A DNA stretch of 64,000 bases from contig CM022666.1 in assembly GCA_012295275.1 (NCBI GenBank), forward strand, positions 6,014,001 to 6,078,000, given 5' to 3'. The first letter of the stretch is position 1. Each line of letters opens with the position of its first letter. The stretch comes from Chrysomallon squamiferum. Lineage: Eukaryota; Animalia; Mollusca. Shown in pieces: positions 12,108 through 44,596 of the stretch. The notes under the pieces were generated by a model. The model was not told the origin of the DNA, did not search any database, and worked only from the letters and a program-made list of their open reading frames with translations. Made by a program: the position numbers and the translations under genes.

Positions 12108-13884
12108 CAGAGACATATACACACACACACATACAGACATACACGCAAGCCTGCTTGCATGCATACATACATACATACATACATACATACATCTATACAC
12201 ACACTTCATGCACACACATACACATACATTCAGGAAACACAGAGACACACATGTACAAAGACACATACCTGTACAAATAACATACATACATACATTTCTC
12301 GGCAGACATTAATTTATCAACTTACTTTCATTCTTCTGCTTTCTGTGTGAATTTCTCACACATTCTTTATGAAAATTAGTTGTTATAAATCAGTTTTGAC
12401 AGGGCACCAAAACCACATCGAGACAAACGCCCCAAACGTGTATAATTTTTTTTAGCTAAATCGTTTATTTTTTCTCTGTATATCACTGTATCAGTTTGTC
12501 TGTCAGTCTGTTCATCTACCTCTAGGTCTATCCGTTTGTCATGTATTTGTTTTTAGCTATGCTTGTCTCCTTGTACATCTCTTTATCTCTCTACCTTTGT
12601 CTGTCCATTCAGATATCTAGCTACCTTGGTGTCTGTGTGTATGATGTTTATATGTATGTGTGCACTGTATGTATATATGTAGTTTAGGATTTAAATATTT
12701 TCTGATGTATATGTATATATACATGTACTATGTCTGATTAGACTGCAGACAGATAATATTCGGAAACGCACTGGCACAGGAGGACAAAGTCCAATCACGA
12801 CCTCACAAACCCCGTCAGATGCCGCTGACGAGACTTGAACAGTTGGCACCCATTCGCCCACACTCCGAGAGCGGAAGACGTTACCTTTTAGCCATCAAGA
12901 AAACCCTCTCTGTGTGTGTGTGTGTGTGTGTGTGTCTGTGTATGTATGTATGTATATATGCATATATGTATGTATATATGTATGTGTATATACATTTTAT
13001 ATATGTTTATATATTTTATGTATGTACTGTATTGTATTGTATATCTGTAGGATTGAATGTATGTATTGGCTGCCTCTCAGACACAGACTGTATGTAGTAA
13101 TCTACACATTTATAGATACATAATTATACAGTTAAAGTAATCTGAGTTTTGCCTCTATCCCTGATCATGCTGCTGTTTACTGGTGTGAGTGGGCGTACAG
13201 GGTGTATGCGTGCGTAAGACAGAACACAGATAGATAAATGTTGGACAGAGAGTCTACAAAATAATTAATAACTGACGATTTTTAGTTAATAAAATAGTCA
13301 CAAACTTCACAACGCCCTTCTACATCCTTAACGATATTTACTACGCGTCGCGAGTATGTCACGCATTAATATGACAAAGAAACCGAAGTATACTGCCCTG
13401 CCCATCACGTTCTCATCACTTCCTCTATATATCTCCCCCATTTTACGCGGAGCACCACATTTATAGTCAGAAGACTAAGGATATGTACGTTTAGGAATAG
13501 ACGTAAAAATTATTTTCTTTAGTGGAATTTGGAAATACCCTGGAATAGAAGATAAAAGAGGGAACACTTACGCGAAGAGGGGTTTAAGAAATTAGGATTT
13601 GAATTATTTTATATCAAGAATTCCGATTTGTACGCTGTTTTATTAACACATGTTTTAGTGTCGTTGTTTAATTGTTGGTACGTTTATCATTCTGATTTTT
13701 ACAGGTGAGTTTTCACTGTTGTTTTAATTTTATTTGTATGAATTTATTTTCATCATTTATTTATTTATTCTTTTCTTTATGTCTATCTTTTTTCAGAGTT
13801 TTCATTATATTAATGTATACAATTTTACTGTGCTTTATCTGGAGTACGTTAATTTACTTTTTGCCTGGCTTAATTGCAGTTTAT

Positions 13885-14615
13885 AATAATAACAACAACA
13901 ATAATAATAATAATAATAAAAGTAACAGTAGTAGTAGTAATAATAGTAGCAGTTGTATTAGTAGTCAACGCTACAGTAGCAGCTGCATCATCATCATCAA
14001 CAACTATACTACAGATATACTTCTACCACTACTACTACTACTACTGTACTGCTTCTACTACTACTACTACTACTACTACTGTACTGCTTCTACTACTACT
14101 ACTACTACTACTACTGTACTGCTTCTACTACTACTGCTACTATTACTTCTACCACTACAACTGTACTGCTACTATTACTACTACTACTACTACTACTTCT
14201 ACCACCACTACTATTACTACTATTACTACTGCTACTACTACTACTTCTACCACTATTACTACTACTATTTCTACTGTACTGCTACTATTACTACTACTAT
14301 TACTACTACTACTACTACTACTACTGCTACTACTACCACTACTTCTATCACTATTACTACTACCATTTCGACTGTACTGCTACTATTACTACTACCACTA
14401 CTACTACTACTATTTCGACTGTACTGCTACTATTACTACTACTACTACTACTACTATTACTATTTCGACTGTACTGCTACTATTACTACTACTACTACCA
14501 CTACTATTACTACTACTACTACCACTACTACTACTACTATTTCTACTGTACTGCTACTATTACTACTACTACTACAGCAACAACAACAATACTTACTATT
14601 ACTACTACTATTAAC
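13885..14615. repeat. Compound (CTA)n/(TAC)n microsatellite with recurring ctgtactgct interruptions
   Basis: Seen directly; it explains the poly-T/L/Y ORFs 13705-14799 and 13874-14614. Confidence 0.9.
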
Positions 14616-17600
14616 TAATAAAACATTTAATCTTTATGACCTAATAAATAACCGAAAAGTAATATCACTCAAAAAATTAATTCATTTTACAGAAATCTAC
14701 GTAGCGTTTGCAGTTGTTACGAATTTTAGGCAGGTTTACGGTAACGGCAGTTTAAAAAAATACGACTGTTCCTTTTTGAGAAATATTCAAGATATATAGC
14801 ATACAATGTGTGCGCGAACTACTGACACAAAAAGTTATTAAGACAAATAAGTAGTTTTTTTTCTGTCGTTGCTTACGGCTACCGATATTTTTCATGACAA
14901 GATACGTACTGGCATAGCGGATGTCCTTAACAATGGAATGTTTCGTGTCCAATAGATTACAGGACTGATCTGGTAAAGTGGAACATCGGTGTTATATTTA
15001 ATCACTGGAAATTATTTTATATGACTCATTTAAAATGATTTTTTGTTGTTGTTGTTGTGTGGTATGTGTTGTTCTGCAGAAGGTAATTAGTCTTTAGAGT
15101 TAGAAAGAACGTAAAGTCTAGTGTGAGATTGGGTCAAAGATCAAATTCTGGATGTGGAACTTCGGATTAATATTTTTGATCGCTGGAAATAATGTTATGA
15201 AAAATTTATGATATATTGCTTTTGTATGTGTTATTCTGCAGTAAGCAGTAATATCTATGACGTAGGTAGTAGATCTGACAGTGTCTTACGTAGAAAGTCC
15301 ATGTTGTGAAATAACAACAAAATAAATTTGATTAACAATATCTAAGATATACATATATACAAATATCTACACACATATACACACGTACGTACATACATAC
15401 ATATACATATATAATTACATACATACATACATACACAGACACACACACACACTTATAGATATATAGATATAGAGATAGATAGGCATCGATATCTGAATAT
15501 GAATGAATATGAATATGTATATCTCCTTTTCTAAAAATTAAAAATAAAACAAAATTTAAAAAAGAAACAACATAATCATGACTTTCCAAATGTTCTTTCT
15601 TTTGAAAGGGCGATCTGCAGATGTTTCAAATATTTTGAGTGTTTGAGTATCTTAATGCGTAAAATTATAGTGCATGTTAATTCGGTCCTGTTTCGATTAT
15701 GCAGTAAAAAAAAATAATGTTTTTTTTTGGATAAAGAAGCAAAATAATTGGGTTTATTTCACATAAACATGTACCTGCTCTTGCTCGTAAATAAACGCTC
15801 TTGCTCGTCAGAAATCGGTTAATGTTAAAATAAAGACAAAAGAAAACGAAGGCAAAAAAAAAAAAAAAAAAAAAAATAGGGAAAAAAGTACGCAGTTTCT
15901 GCCTGAAAATGATTGACAGACTGCACCTTTAATAAAATAGTTTTGGGGTTGCTAGTACCAACGCGAGTAAAGAAATAATTTGATTATGACGCACAATACG
16001 GAAACATGACGTAAATATAATTATATTTAATGCTGTCAGTAAGATTCAGAGTGCATGTCATTAAAGTGAGACTATTCTGATATGATTAATTTTCAAGGAA
16101 CTCGTATATCATGACTAATTAATTCTAAAGTTAAAATAGATCGAAAGAACTGTCACTGTGTGTGTGTGTGTATATGTGTGTATATGTGTGTGTATATGTG
16201 TGTATATGTGTGTATGTGTGTGTGTGTATATGTTATAAATTAGTTAATTAATAATAAATAAATAAATAAATAAATTAATTAATTAACAAATTGTAAAATA
16301 GCTCTCATACTGAATATTAATATACTTAACATACTGTGAAATTATAACTATATCAAATCAAAATAGTTAAGGCATCCTACCATTTGTTATACGTCCCATT
16401 TGTCTCCGACTTTTCAATACAATAATATAACAACATTATAAATCATATTCTTCCTTCCAAGAATAACAACATAATTTAATAATCCTGTAACACAACAGAA
16501 TATATTACAATTAACAAATGCGTTATATATAGCAGCTGATTTCTAGCCTGGCTTAATTGCAGTTTATAGGTGTTTAATTTTAAGCTTGGTAGTGTTACAA
16601 TTACACAGGACTATTCTTTTCAATTTAAAGTTAATAGTACAAGTGACTATCAAACAATGGGAGAAATACAAATATTTGAATAACGAATTGGACGTGTACT
16701 AAATAGGAGACACACCAAAAATTAATATTATAAAATTATTATCTCTAAGATCATTCTTCCAAAGTTTGTTGTGAAATAGCCTAAATATATTATCAAAAAA
16801 GCACTCTCGGAAAACAACAACAAAGGTAGCATTACGTTATCGGAAATTATGAATGTCAGATACAAATGAATTAAGAAAAAAAAAAAAAAATGCGGATTGC
16901 TGTTGCCGAATGACTGGCACGACAAATATTTAAAACAAAACAAAACAATAAAAGAAAGCATTTTAGGCGGGTTCTCATTATGAAAGGGTGGAGACCAGTT
17001 CTTTACACTACACAATGGACTAACATATCATCTTCGTATTAGATTATATTTTGGTATTTGAATCTACCTTGTTACAGGTATAACTTAGCAAGTCTGTTTT
17101 TGAAAGTTCCGACTTCAAGTAACACTATACTGCTACTACTACTACTACTACTATCACCACTACTACTACTGCTACTATTACTACTACTACTACCACTACT
17201 ACTACTACTACTAATAATAATAATAACAAGAAGAAGAATACCAATAAATAAATGAATAAATAATACACAGACATATATACATATACATAGATATACAGAA
17301 TGATAAGGATGTTCATATTAACGCTGTTATTCTTCACTAACTATTAATAGGTATTTCTATGCGTGTGTGTATCTGTAAGTACGCACCTATGTTTGAATGT
17401 ATTTTATTTGTGTGTTTATGTATTTCTCTACCTCTGTAAAGATGGGCTTTATATGTGGATAGATAATTTAGATAGCTATAAAGATAGTTATGTATAAAAA
17501 AAACTTATTATTAAATCTTTATTATTATATATATCTATTTATATGCATATGTATATATGTATATGTGTGTGTTTTATTTTTTCATTTATTTATTAATATT

Positions 17601-17619
17601 GATATTGTTGCTGATATTA

Positions 17620-17650
<31 letters not shown>

Positions 17651-17667
17651 TTTTTTGTTTTTACAGG

Positions 17668-38086
<20,419 letters not shown>

Positions 38087-38210
38087 AAATAACGAATAAG
38101 GAAGAAGAATATTGTATTATTAATATTTTAATTATAATTATTTCATTTTTCACAAAATGCATATTACATTTGATGAGATTCTCTAACAATAATGATGATG
38201 ATGATAATAA

Positions 38211-38254
<44 letters not shown>

Positions 38255-38318
38255 CAACGATAATATATTAATAATAATAACGATAATGATAATGATGATG
38301 ATAATAATAATAATAATA

Positions 38319-38362
<44 letters not shown>

Positions 38363-39347
38363 CCAAAATTAATGATTAACAATTAGTTGGGGTTTTTTTG
38401 TTTGTATTATGAACAGTAAACTTTTCTACATTTCACATTTGTTAAAAATTCTGCTGACCTCTTGACCTTGAAAAAACCTCAGAACAAAACCATTAACAGT
38501 ATAGCCCCGACTAAATAAAAAAATTAAAAAAAGAAGAAGAAGAAGAAGAGAGTGAAGAAATTATCATTACATTATACTGGAAAATAAACAAACAAACAAA
38601 TAAGGAAATAAATGTAATATATTATGAAGATATATAAATAAATAAGTTATCACTATAGAATAACTAATTATGTACCTGAATATCATGTGTATAATTACAT
38701 TAAATGGGAATGGCTGGTACATTCCTAAAACTGTCATATATCACAGCAATTATGCTTGTCCACTTTTATAACCTTATTCTACGAATTATTAAATAACATT
38801 ACTTTTATGGCACAGGGTATTGTGTTTTTCAGTAATAAAATATTTCCATGTACGAAGTTTTTGTTGTCTGTGTTTTCAAAAATAGAAAATTTACGTAATA
38901 CCTCAATCATGATGACGACGACGACGACGATGATGATGATGATGAAAAGGACGACGACTGTGGTTTTCGCATAATGTCACGTAAATATTGAGCTGAATAA
39001 CGTGTGTTAGTAATTATATTTTCAAGTCTTCAGAAATTATGTGACTGATTTATATTTTAAATTCAGTGGCTAAAACCATATAGTAAAAATTACGAATAAT
39101 TTAAATATAGGAGAACTACAACAGCAGTTCTGAAGATGATGCAGCAGTCTGATTCAGGTGGAATACCAGTGTGTTTTAGGTACTTACTGCACATTTAATG
39201 ATGTCACATGAATAACGCACGAATGTTGAACGAATTCACGCAAAAGTTTGGTCTATAATCCACCTGAAGTTCGCATACCTATCGCGGGAATGTCACACAC
39301 AAAGAAAAGGAAAAAAGAAATAAAAACAACAAAATACAAAAATATAT

Positions 39348-39419
39348 TTCCGATGCCGGGAATTGAACCCGGGCCACCTGGGTGAAAGCCAGGAATCCTA
39401 ACCACTAGACCACATCGGA
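39348..39419 (-). tRNA. tRNA-Glu-TTC: tRNA-Glu (TTC), canonical
   Basis: TCCGATGTGGTCTAGTGGTTAGGATTCCTGGCTTTCACCCAGGTGGCCCGGGTTCAATTCCCGGCATCGGAA: fully paired acceptor (TCCGATG/CATCGGA), anticodon (CCTGG/CCAGG) and T stems, A and B boxes, T5 terminator a few nt downstream. Confidence 0.97.
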
Positions 39420-39506
39420 GATACTTAAACATTGAAATAAGCAGGTATCGATGGTTTTGGGTCCAAATGACTTAATTTATTTAAATAATAATAATCAAGA
39501 CAGACA

Positions 39507-39597
<91 letters not shown>

Positions 39598-39995
39598 TCA
39601 ACTGCGAAAAATACAAAATTAATCGACCTTTTGATTTATAACAGTTTGAATTATCCCATTCAAAAAGAAATCTGTCTCCATTATGCCTGACTAACCTGTC
39701 CCGAGAAGCCAGACAAGTAAGTACATCACGGTTATTCTAATAAGCACTCAGTTTTAAACAGTATTTTGTTACTTATAATTAAATAAAATTAGTATGATTT
39801 CTGGAATCAATAGATTAATAATTGGCAGAACGTTTTTTTTTTTTAAAGTCTAAACTTTCTTAAACAGTTCATGCGGTTATTAATTTTGGAAATATATGAA
39901 ATTGAGAAAAAACCCATCAACAACAACAAAAACAGTACACACAAGAAACACAATTGTTGTTGTTAATAATAATAATAATTACAATACAAAATATA

Positions 39996-40067
39996 TTCCG
40001 ATGCCGGGAATTGAACCCGGGCCACCTGGGTGAAAGCCAGGAATCCTAACCACTAGACCACATCGGA
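39996..40067 (-). tRNA. tRNA-Glu-TTC: tRNA-Glu (TTC), canonical
   Basis: Identical 72-nt sequence to the 39348 copy; T4 a few nt downstream. Confidence 0.97.
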
Positions 40068-40699
40068 GATACCTAAACCTTGACATAGCCAGACGTCGAT
40101 GGTAATTCGTCCAAACCTGTTGACTGAATGTAAAATTTTATGAAAAGTTGACTTGAAACACCAAGGAAAACATTTCACAAACTGAACTCGGACAATTTTA
40201 CATTTCAACCACCAGCACAGCAACAAACTACAGAAAATATTCAGATAAACTGTGCTAATTTAGAACCATCCATTCAGCGGCCATTTTCTAAATCTACGAT
40301 TCTGTACACCTTAATCTATTTTTTGGACACGCTATCGGTCCAAACCTCTTCACTGAATGTAAAATTTAATAAAAAGTAAATTCTGTCATAGTGTTGTTTT
40401 ACATTACCTTGTAATACAGAACAGCTTTCTAACGATTGATTATGGAGACAAATCTTAGAAAATAAATAAAATCATTTTACATTCCTGTTTTAAACCATCT
40501 TATCTTATATTACATTTCATTTGTAACTTAAGAATGAAACAGATGAAATAAATGCATAGTCATTTCTGGTAAAAAAAATACTTAAAACCTTATAAAATAG
40601 TTGATGTAGATAAATATTACTAAATATCAGTAAGTGTCCAGAAGCCACCACAAGCCGGTGAGTTTGCACAACGTCTGGCTATGACAAAGTTGAGGTATC

Positions 40700-40771
40700 T
40701 CCGATGTGGTCTAGTGGTTAGGATTCCTGGCTTTCACCCAGCTGGCCCGGGTTCAATTCCCGGCATGGGAA
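40700..40771 (+). tRNA. tRNA-Glu-TTC: tRNA-Glu (TTC) variant (G43C, C69G), array unit 1; possibly pseudogene
   Basis: ...TTCACCCAGCTGGCCCGGGTTCAATTCCCGGCATGGGAA; C27.C43 and G4.G69 mismatches, A/B boxes intact. Confidence 0.9.
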
Positions 40772-41163
40772 ACATAATCTTTGCTTTAAATTACATTTAT
40801 TTTGAGTTCAGAATCAGAAATTGATTGTTTATAACTGCTTGGTTAAATAAGGATGTTTTTTTAGAATGTTTTTTTCTTTTTAAATAACTGATTATTCCGT
40901 GTACAATGATGAAATGATTATTAAGTGAACGTGTTAGACTAATTTAACATATACATTTGGTATTGCTTTTTGTTATTTATGAGAGCGGAAATGTTTTCTT
41001 CTATTCCCCGCCCGATAGGTAAATATAAACCAAATCTTTGTTTCAAACGTCTTTAAAGAGTAATTTGAACAGAAAACGGTCAAAATAGAGGCAAAGATCA
41101 AATACTACTCTTATTAAGTTAATGTTAATGTTCTAATCTGAAAACATAAATAAATAATAAAGT

Positions 41164-42208
41164 GGTTAGCGAATGAACAAAACCGAAGAATGAATAAATA
41201 TAGAAATAACTAATAAAAGAGATCCAAACGTGACACTGTTTAAACGCAGCATTCTTTTCACATTTATTCAAAATAAAATATAAAATCATATGTAGACTGC
41301 ATTGATTAGCTGGTTAAGAATTTCCATACTGAATTTCTTCATTTGATTACTGAGAAAGAAAAGAGAGAAAACTAACTGACTGAAGAAAAAAATAAATAAA
41401 ACTTATGCGAGTTGTGTTCATTGGTAAATTTAGAGTGGCCTCCCTTATGTGAGATGTGTTCACTGGTATATTTAGAGTGGCTTCCCTTATGTGAGATGTG
41501 TTCACTGGTATATTTAGAGTGGCCTCCCTTATGTGAGATGTGTTCACTGGTATATTTAGAGTGGCCTCCCTTATGTGAGATGTGTTCACTGGTATATTTA
41601 GAGTGGCCTCCCTTATGTGAGATGTGTTCACTCGTATATTTAGAGTGGCCTCCCTTATGCGAGATGTGTTCACTAGTATAGTTAAAATAGCCTACCTCAT
41701 GCGAGATGTATTCAGTGGAATTAAGAAAATAACAAAGAAAATTCGATTAAAAAAGCATAAATAAAGAGTCAGTGAGAGCAGAGTGTATGAACTGATTAAA
41801 AATATACGACAAATAAATAATAAATAAATCATAATATGAAAAAGAAAGAGTGAAAGAAAGGAAATAAAGATAGAAAAGATGGAAAGAAAAGAAAGAAAGA
41901 AAGAAGTAAGGACAGAAAGAAAAAAGAACGAAGGAAAGAAAGAAAATATTGAAGCAGGTTAGCGAATGAACAAAACCGAAGAATGAATAAATATAGAAAT
42001 AACTAATAAAAGAGATCCAAACGTGGTACTGTTTAAACGCAGCATTCTTTTCACATTTATTCAAAATAAAATATAAAATCATATGTAGACTGCATTGATT
42101 AGCTGGTTAAGAATTTCCGTACTGAATTTCATCGTTTGATTACTGAGAAAAAAACCCAGAGAATACTAACTGACTAAAGAAAAAATAAATAAATAAAGGT
42201 TTATGCGA
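41164..42208 (+). repeat. ~245-bp direct repeat pair inside each macrosatellite unit (unit 1: 41164-41410 and 41957-42208)
   Basis: ggttagcgaatgaacaaaaccgaagaatg...gagatccaaacgtg...catatgtagactgcattgattagctgg...ttatgcga occurs twice per unit, flanking the 42-mer block and a (GAAA)-rich tract. Confidence 0.93.
41403..41712 (+). repeat. 42-bp minisatellite inside macrosatellite unit 1 (one block per unit)
   Basis: Consensus agagtggcctcccttatgtgagatgtgttcactggtatattt. Other blocks lie at approximately 43250-43685, 45226-45680, 47223-47645, 49185-49660, 51228-51590, 53126-53600, 55145-55580, 57128-57560, 59106-59540, 61094-61530 and 63080-63515. Confidence 0.97.
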
Positions 42209-42546
42209 CATGAAAAGTAACTTATGTCATAGTGTTGTCCTACAGTACCTTGTAATATAGAACAGCTTTCTAACGATTAATTATGGAAAAGAAAAACAAT
42301 CTTAGAAAGTAAATAAAATCATCTAACTTCCTTGTTTTATACCATCTTTTCTTATATTACATTTCATTTGTAACTTAAGAATGAAACAGATGAAATAAAT
42401 GTATAGTTACTTCTTGTAACAAAAATACTTAAAACATTATAAAACGGTTGATGTAGATAAATATTACTAAATATCAGTAAGTGTCCAGAAGCCAGCAGAA
42501 GCCGGTAAGTTTGGACGACGTCTGGCTATGACAAAGTTGAGGTATC

Positions 42547-42618
42547 TCCGATGTGGTCTAGTGGTTAGGATTCCTGGCTTTCACCCAGCTGGCCCGGGTT
42601 CAATTCCCGGCATGGGAA
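42547..42618 (+). tRNA. tRNA-Glu-TTC: tRNA-Glu (TTC) variant (G43C, C69G), unit 2
   Basis: Same sequence as unit 1. Confidence 0.9.
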
Positions 42619-44524
42619 ACATAATCTTTGCTTTAAATTACATTTATTTTGAGTTCAGAATCAGAAATTGATTGTTTATAACTGCTTGGTTAAATAAGGA
42701 TGTTTTTTTAGAATGCTTTTTTCTTTTTAAATAACTGATTATTCCGTGTACAATGATGAAATGATTATTAAGTGAACATGTTAGACTAATTTAACATATA
42801 CATTTGGTATTGCTTTTTGTTATTTATGAGAGCGGAAATGTTTTCTTCTATTCCCCGCCCGATAGGTAAATATAAACCAAATCTTTGTTTCAAACGTCTT
42901 TAAAGAGTAATTTGAACAGAAAACGGTCAAAATAGAGGCAAAGATCAAATACTACTCTTATTAAGTTAATGTTAATGTTCTAATCTGAAAACATAAATAA
43001 ATAATAAAGTGGTTAGCGAATGAACAAAACCGAAGAATGAATAAATATAGAAATAACTAATGAAAGAGATCCAAACGTGACACTGTTTAAACGCAGCATT
43101 CTTTTCACATTTATTCAAAATAAAATATAAAATCATATGTAGACTGCACTGATTAGCTGGTTAAGAATTTCCATACTGAATTTCTTCATTTGATTACTGA
43201 GAAAGAAAAGAGAGAATACTAACTGACAGAAGAAAAAAATAAATAAAACTTATGCGAGTTGTGTTCACTGGTAAATTTAGAGTGGCCTCCCTTATGTGAG
43301 ATGTGTTCACTGGTATATTTAGAGTGGCCTCCCTTATGTGAGATGTGTTCACTGGTATATTTAGAGTGGCCTCCCTTATGTGAGATGTGTTCACTGGTAT
43401 ATTTAGAGTGGCTTCCCTTATGTGAGATGTGTTCACTGGTATATTTAGAGTGGCCTCCCTTATGTGAGATGTGTTCACTGGTATATTTGGAGTGGCCTCC
43501 CTTATGTGAGATGTATTCACTGGTATGTTTAGAGTGGCCTCCCTTATGTGAGATGTGTTCACTCGTATATTTAGAGTGGCCTCCCTTACGTGAGATGTGT
43601 TCACTGGTATATTTAGAGTGCCCTCCCTTATGCGAGATGTGTTCACTAGTATAGTTAAAATAGCCTACCTCATGCGAGATGTATTCAGTGGAATTAAGAA
43701 AATAACAAAGAAAAAAAATTCGATTAAAAAAGCATAAATAAAGAGTCAGTGAGAGCAGAGTGTATGAACTGATTAAAAATATACGACAAATAAATAATAA
43801 ATAAATCATAATATGAAAAAGAAAGAGTGAAAGAAAGGAAATAAAGATAGAAAAGATGGAAAGAAAAGAAAGAAAGAAAGAAGTAAGGACAGAAAGAAAA
43901 AAGAACGAAGGAAAGAAAGAAAATATTGAAGCAGGTTAGCGAATGAACAAAAACCGAAGAATGAATAAATATAGAAATAACTAATAAAAGAGATCCAAAC
44001 GTGGTACTGTTTAAACGCAGCATTCTTTTCACATTTATTCAAAATAAAATATAAAATCATATGTAGACTGCATTGATTAGCTGGTTAAGAATTTCCGTAC
44101 TGAATTTCATCGTTTGATTACTGAGAAAAAAACCCAGAGAATACTAACTGACTAAAGAAAAAATAAATAAATAAAGGTTTATGCGACATGAAAAGTAACT
44201 TATGTCATAGTGTTGTCCTACAGTACCTTGTAATATAGAACAGCTTTCTAACGATTAATTATGGAAAAGAAAAACAATCTTAGAAAGTAAATAAAATCAT
44301 CTAACTTCCTTGTTTTATACCATCTTTTCTTATATTACATTTCATTTGTAACTTAAGAATGAAACAGATGAAATAAATGTATAGTTACTTCTTGTAACAA
44401 AAATACTTAAAACATTATAAAACGGTTGATGTAGATAAATATTACTAAATATCAGTAAGTGTCCAGAAGCCAGCAGAAGCCGGTAAGTTTGGACGACGTC
44501 TGGCTATGACAAAGTTGAGGTATC

Positions 44525-44596
44525 TCCGATGTGGTCTAGTGGTTAGGATTCCTGGCTTTCACCCAGCTGGCCCGGGTTCAATTCCCGGCATGGGAA
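44525..44596 (+). tRNA. tRNA-Glu-TTC: tRNA-Glu (TTC) variant (G43C, C69G), unit 3
   Basis: Same sequence as unit 1. Confidence 0.9.

Noticed and set aside
13650-13704. Signal-peptide-like string CRCLIVGTFIILIFT before the 13705 donor
   Set aside because: An in-frame TAG follows the nearest ATG, and the gene already has a signal peptide at 17668.
13705-14799. 364-aa and 246-aa ORFs
   Set aside because: Trinucleotide microsatellite translations (poly-T/L/Y).
41403-41712. CRISPR-like appearance of the regular 42-bp repeats
   Set aside because: The repeats are contiguous with no unique spacers, there are no cas genes, and the context is eukaryotic.
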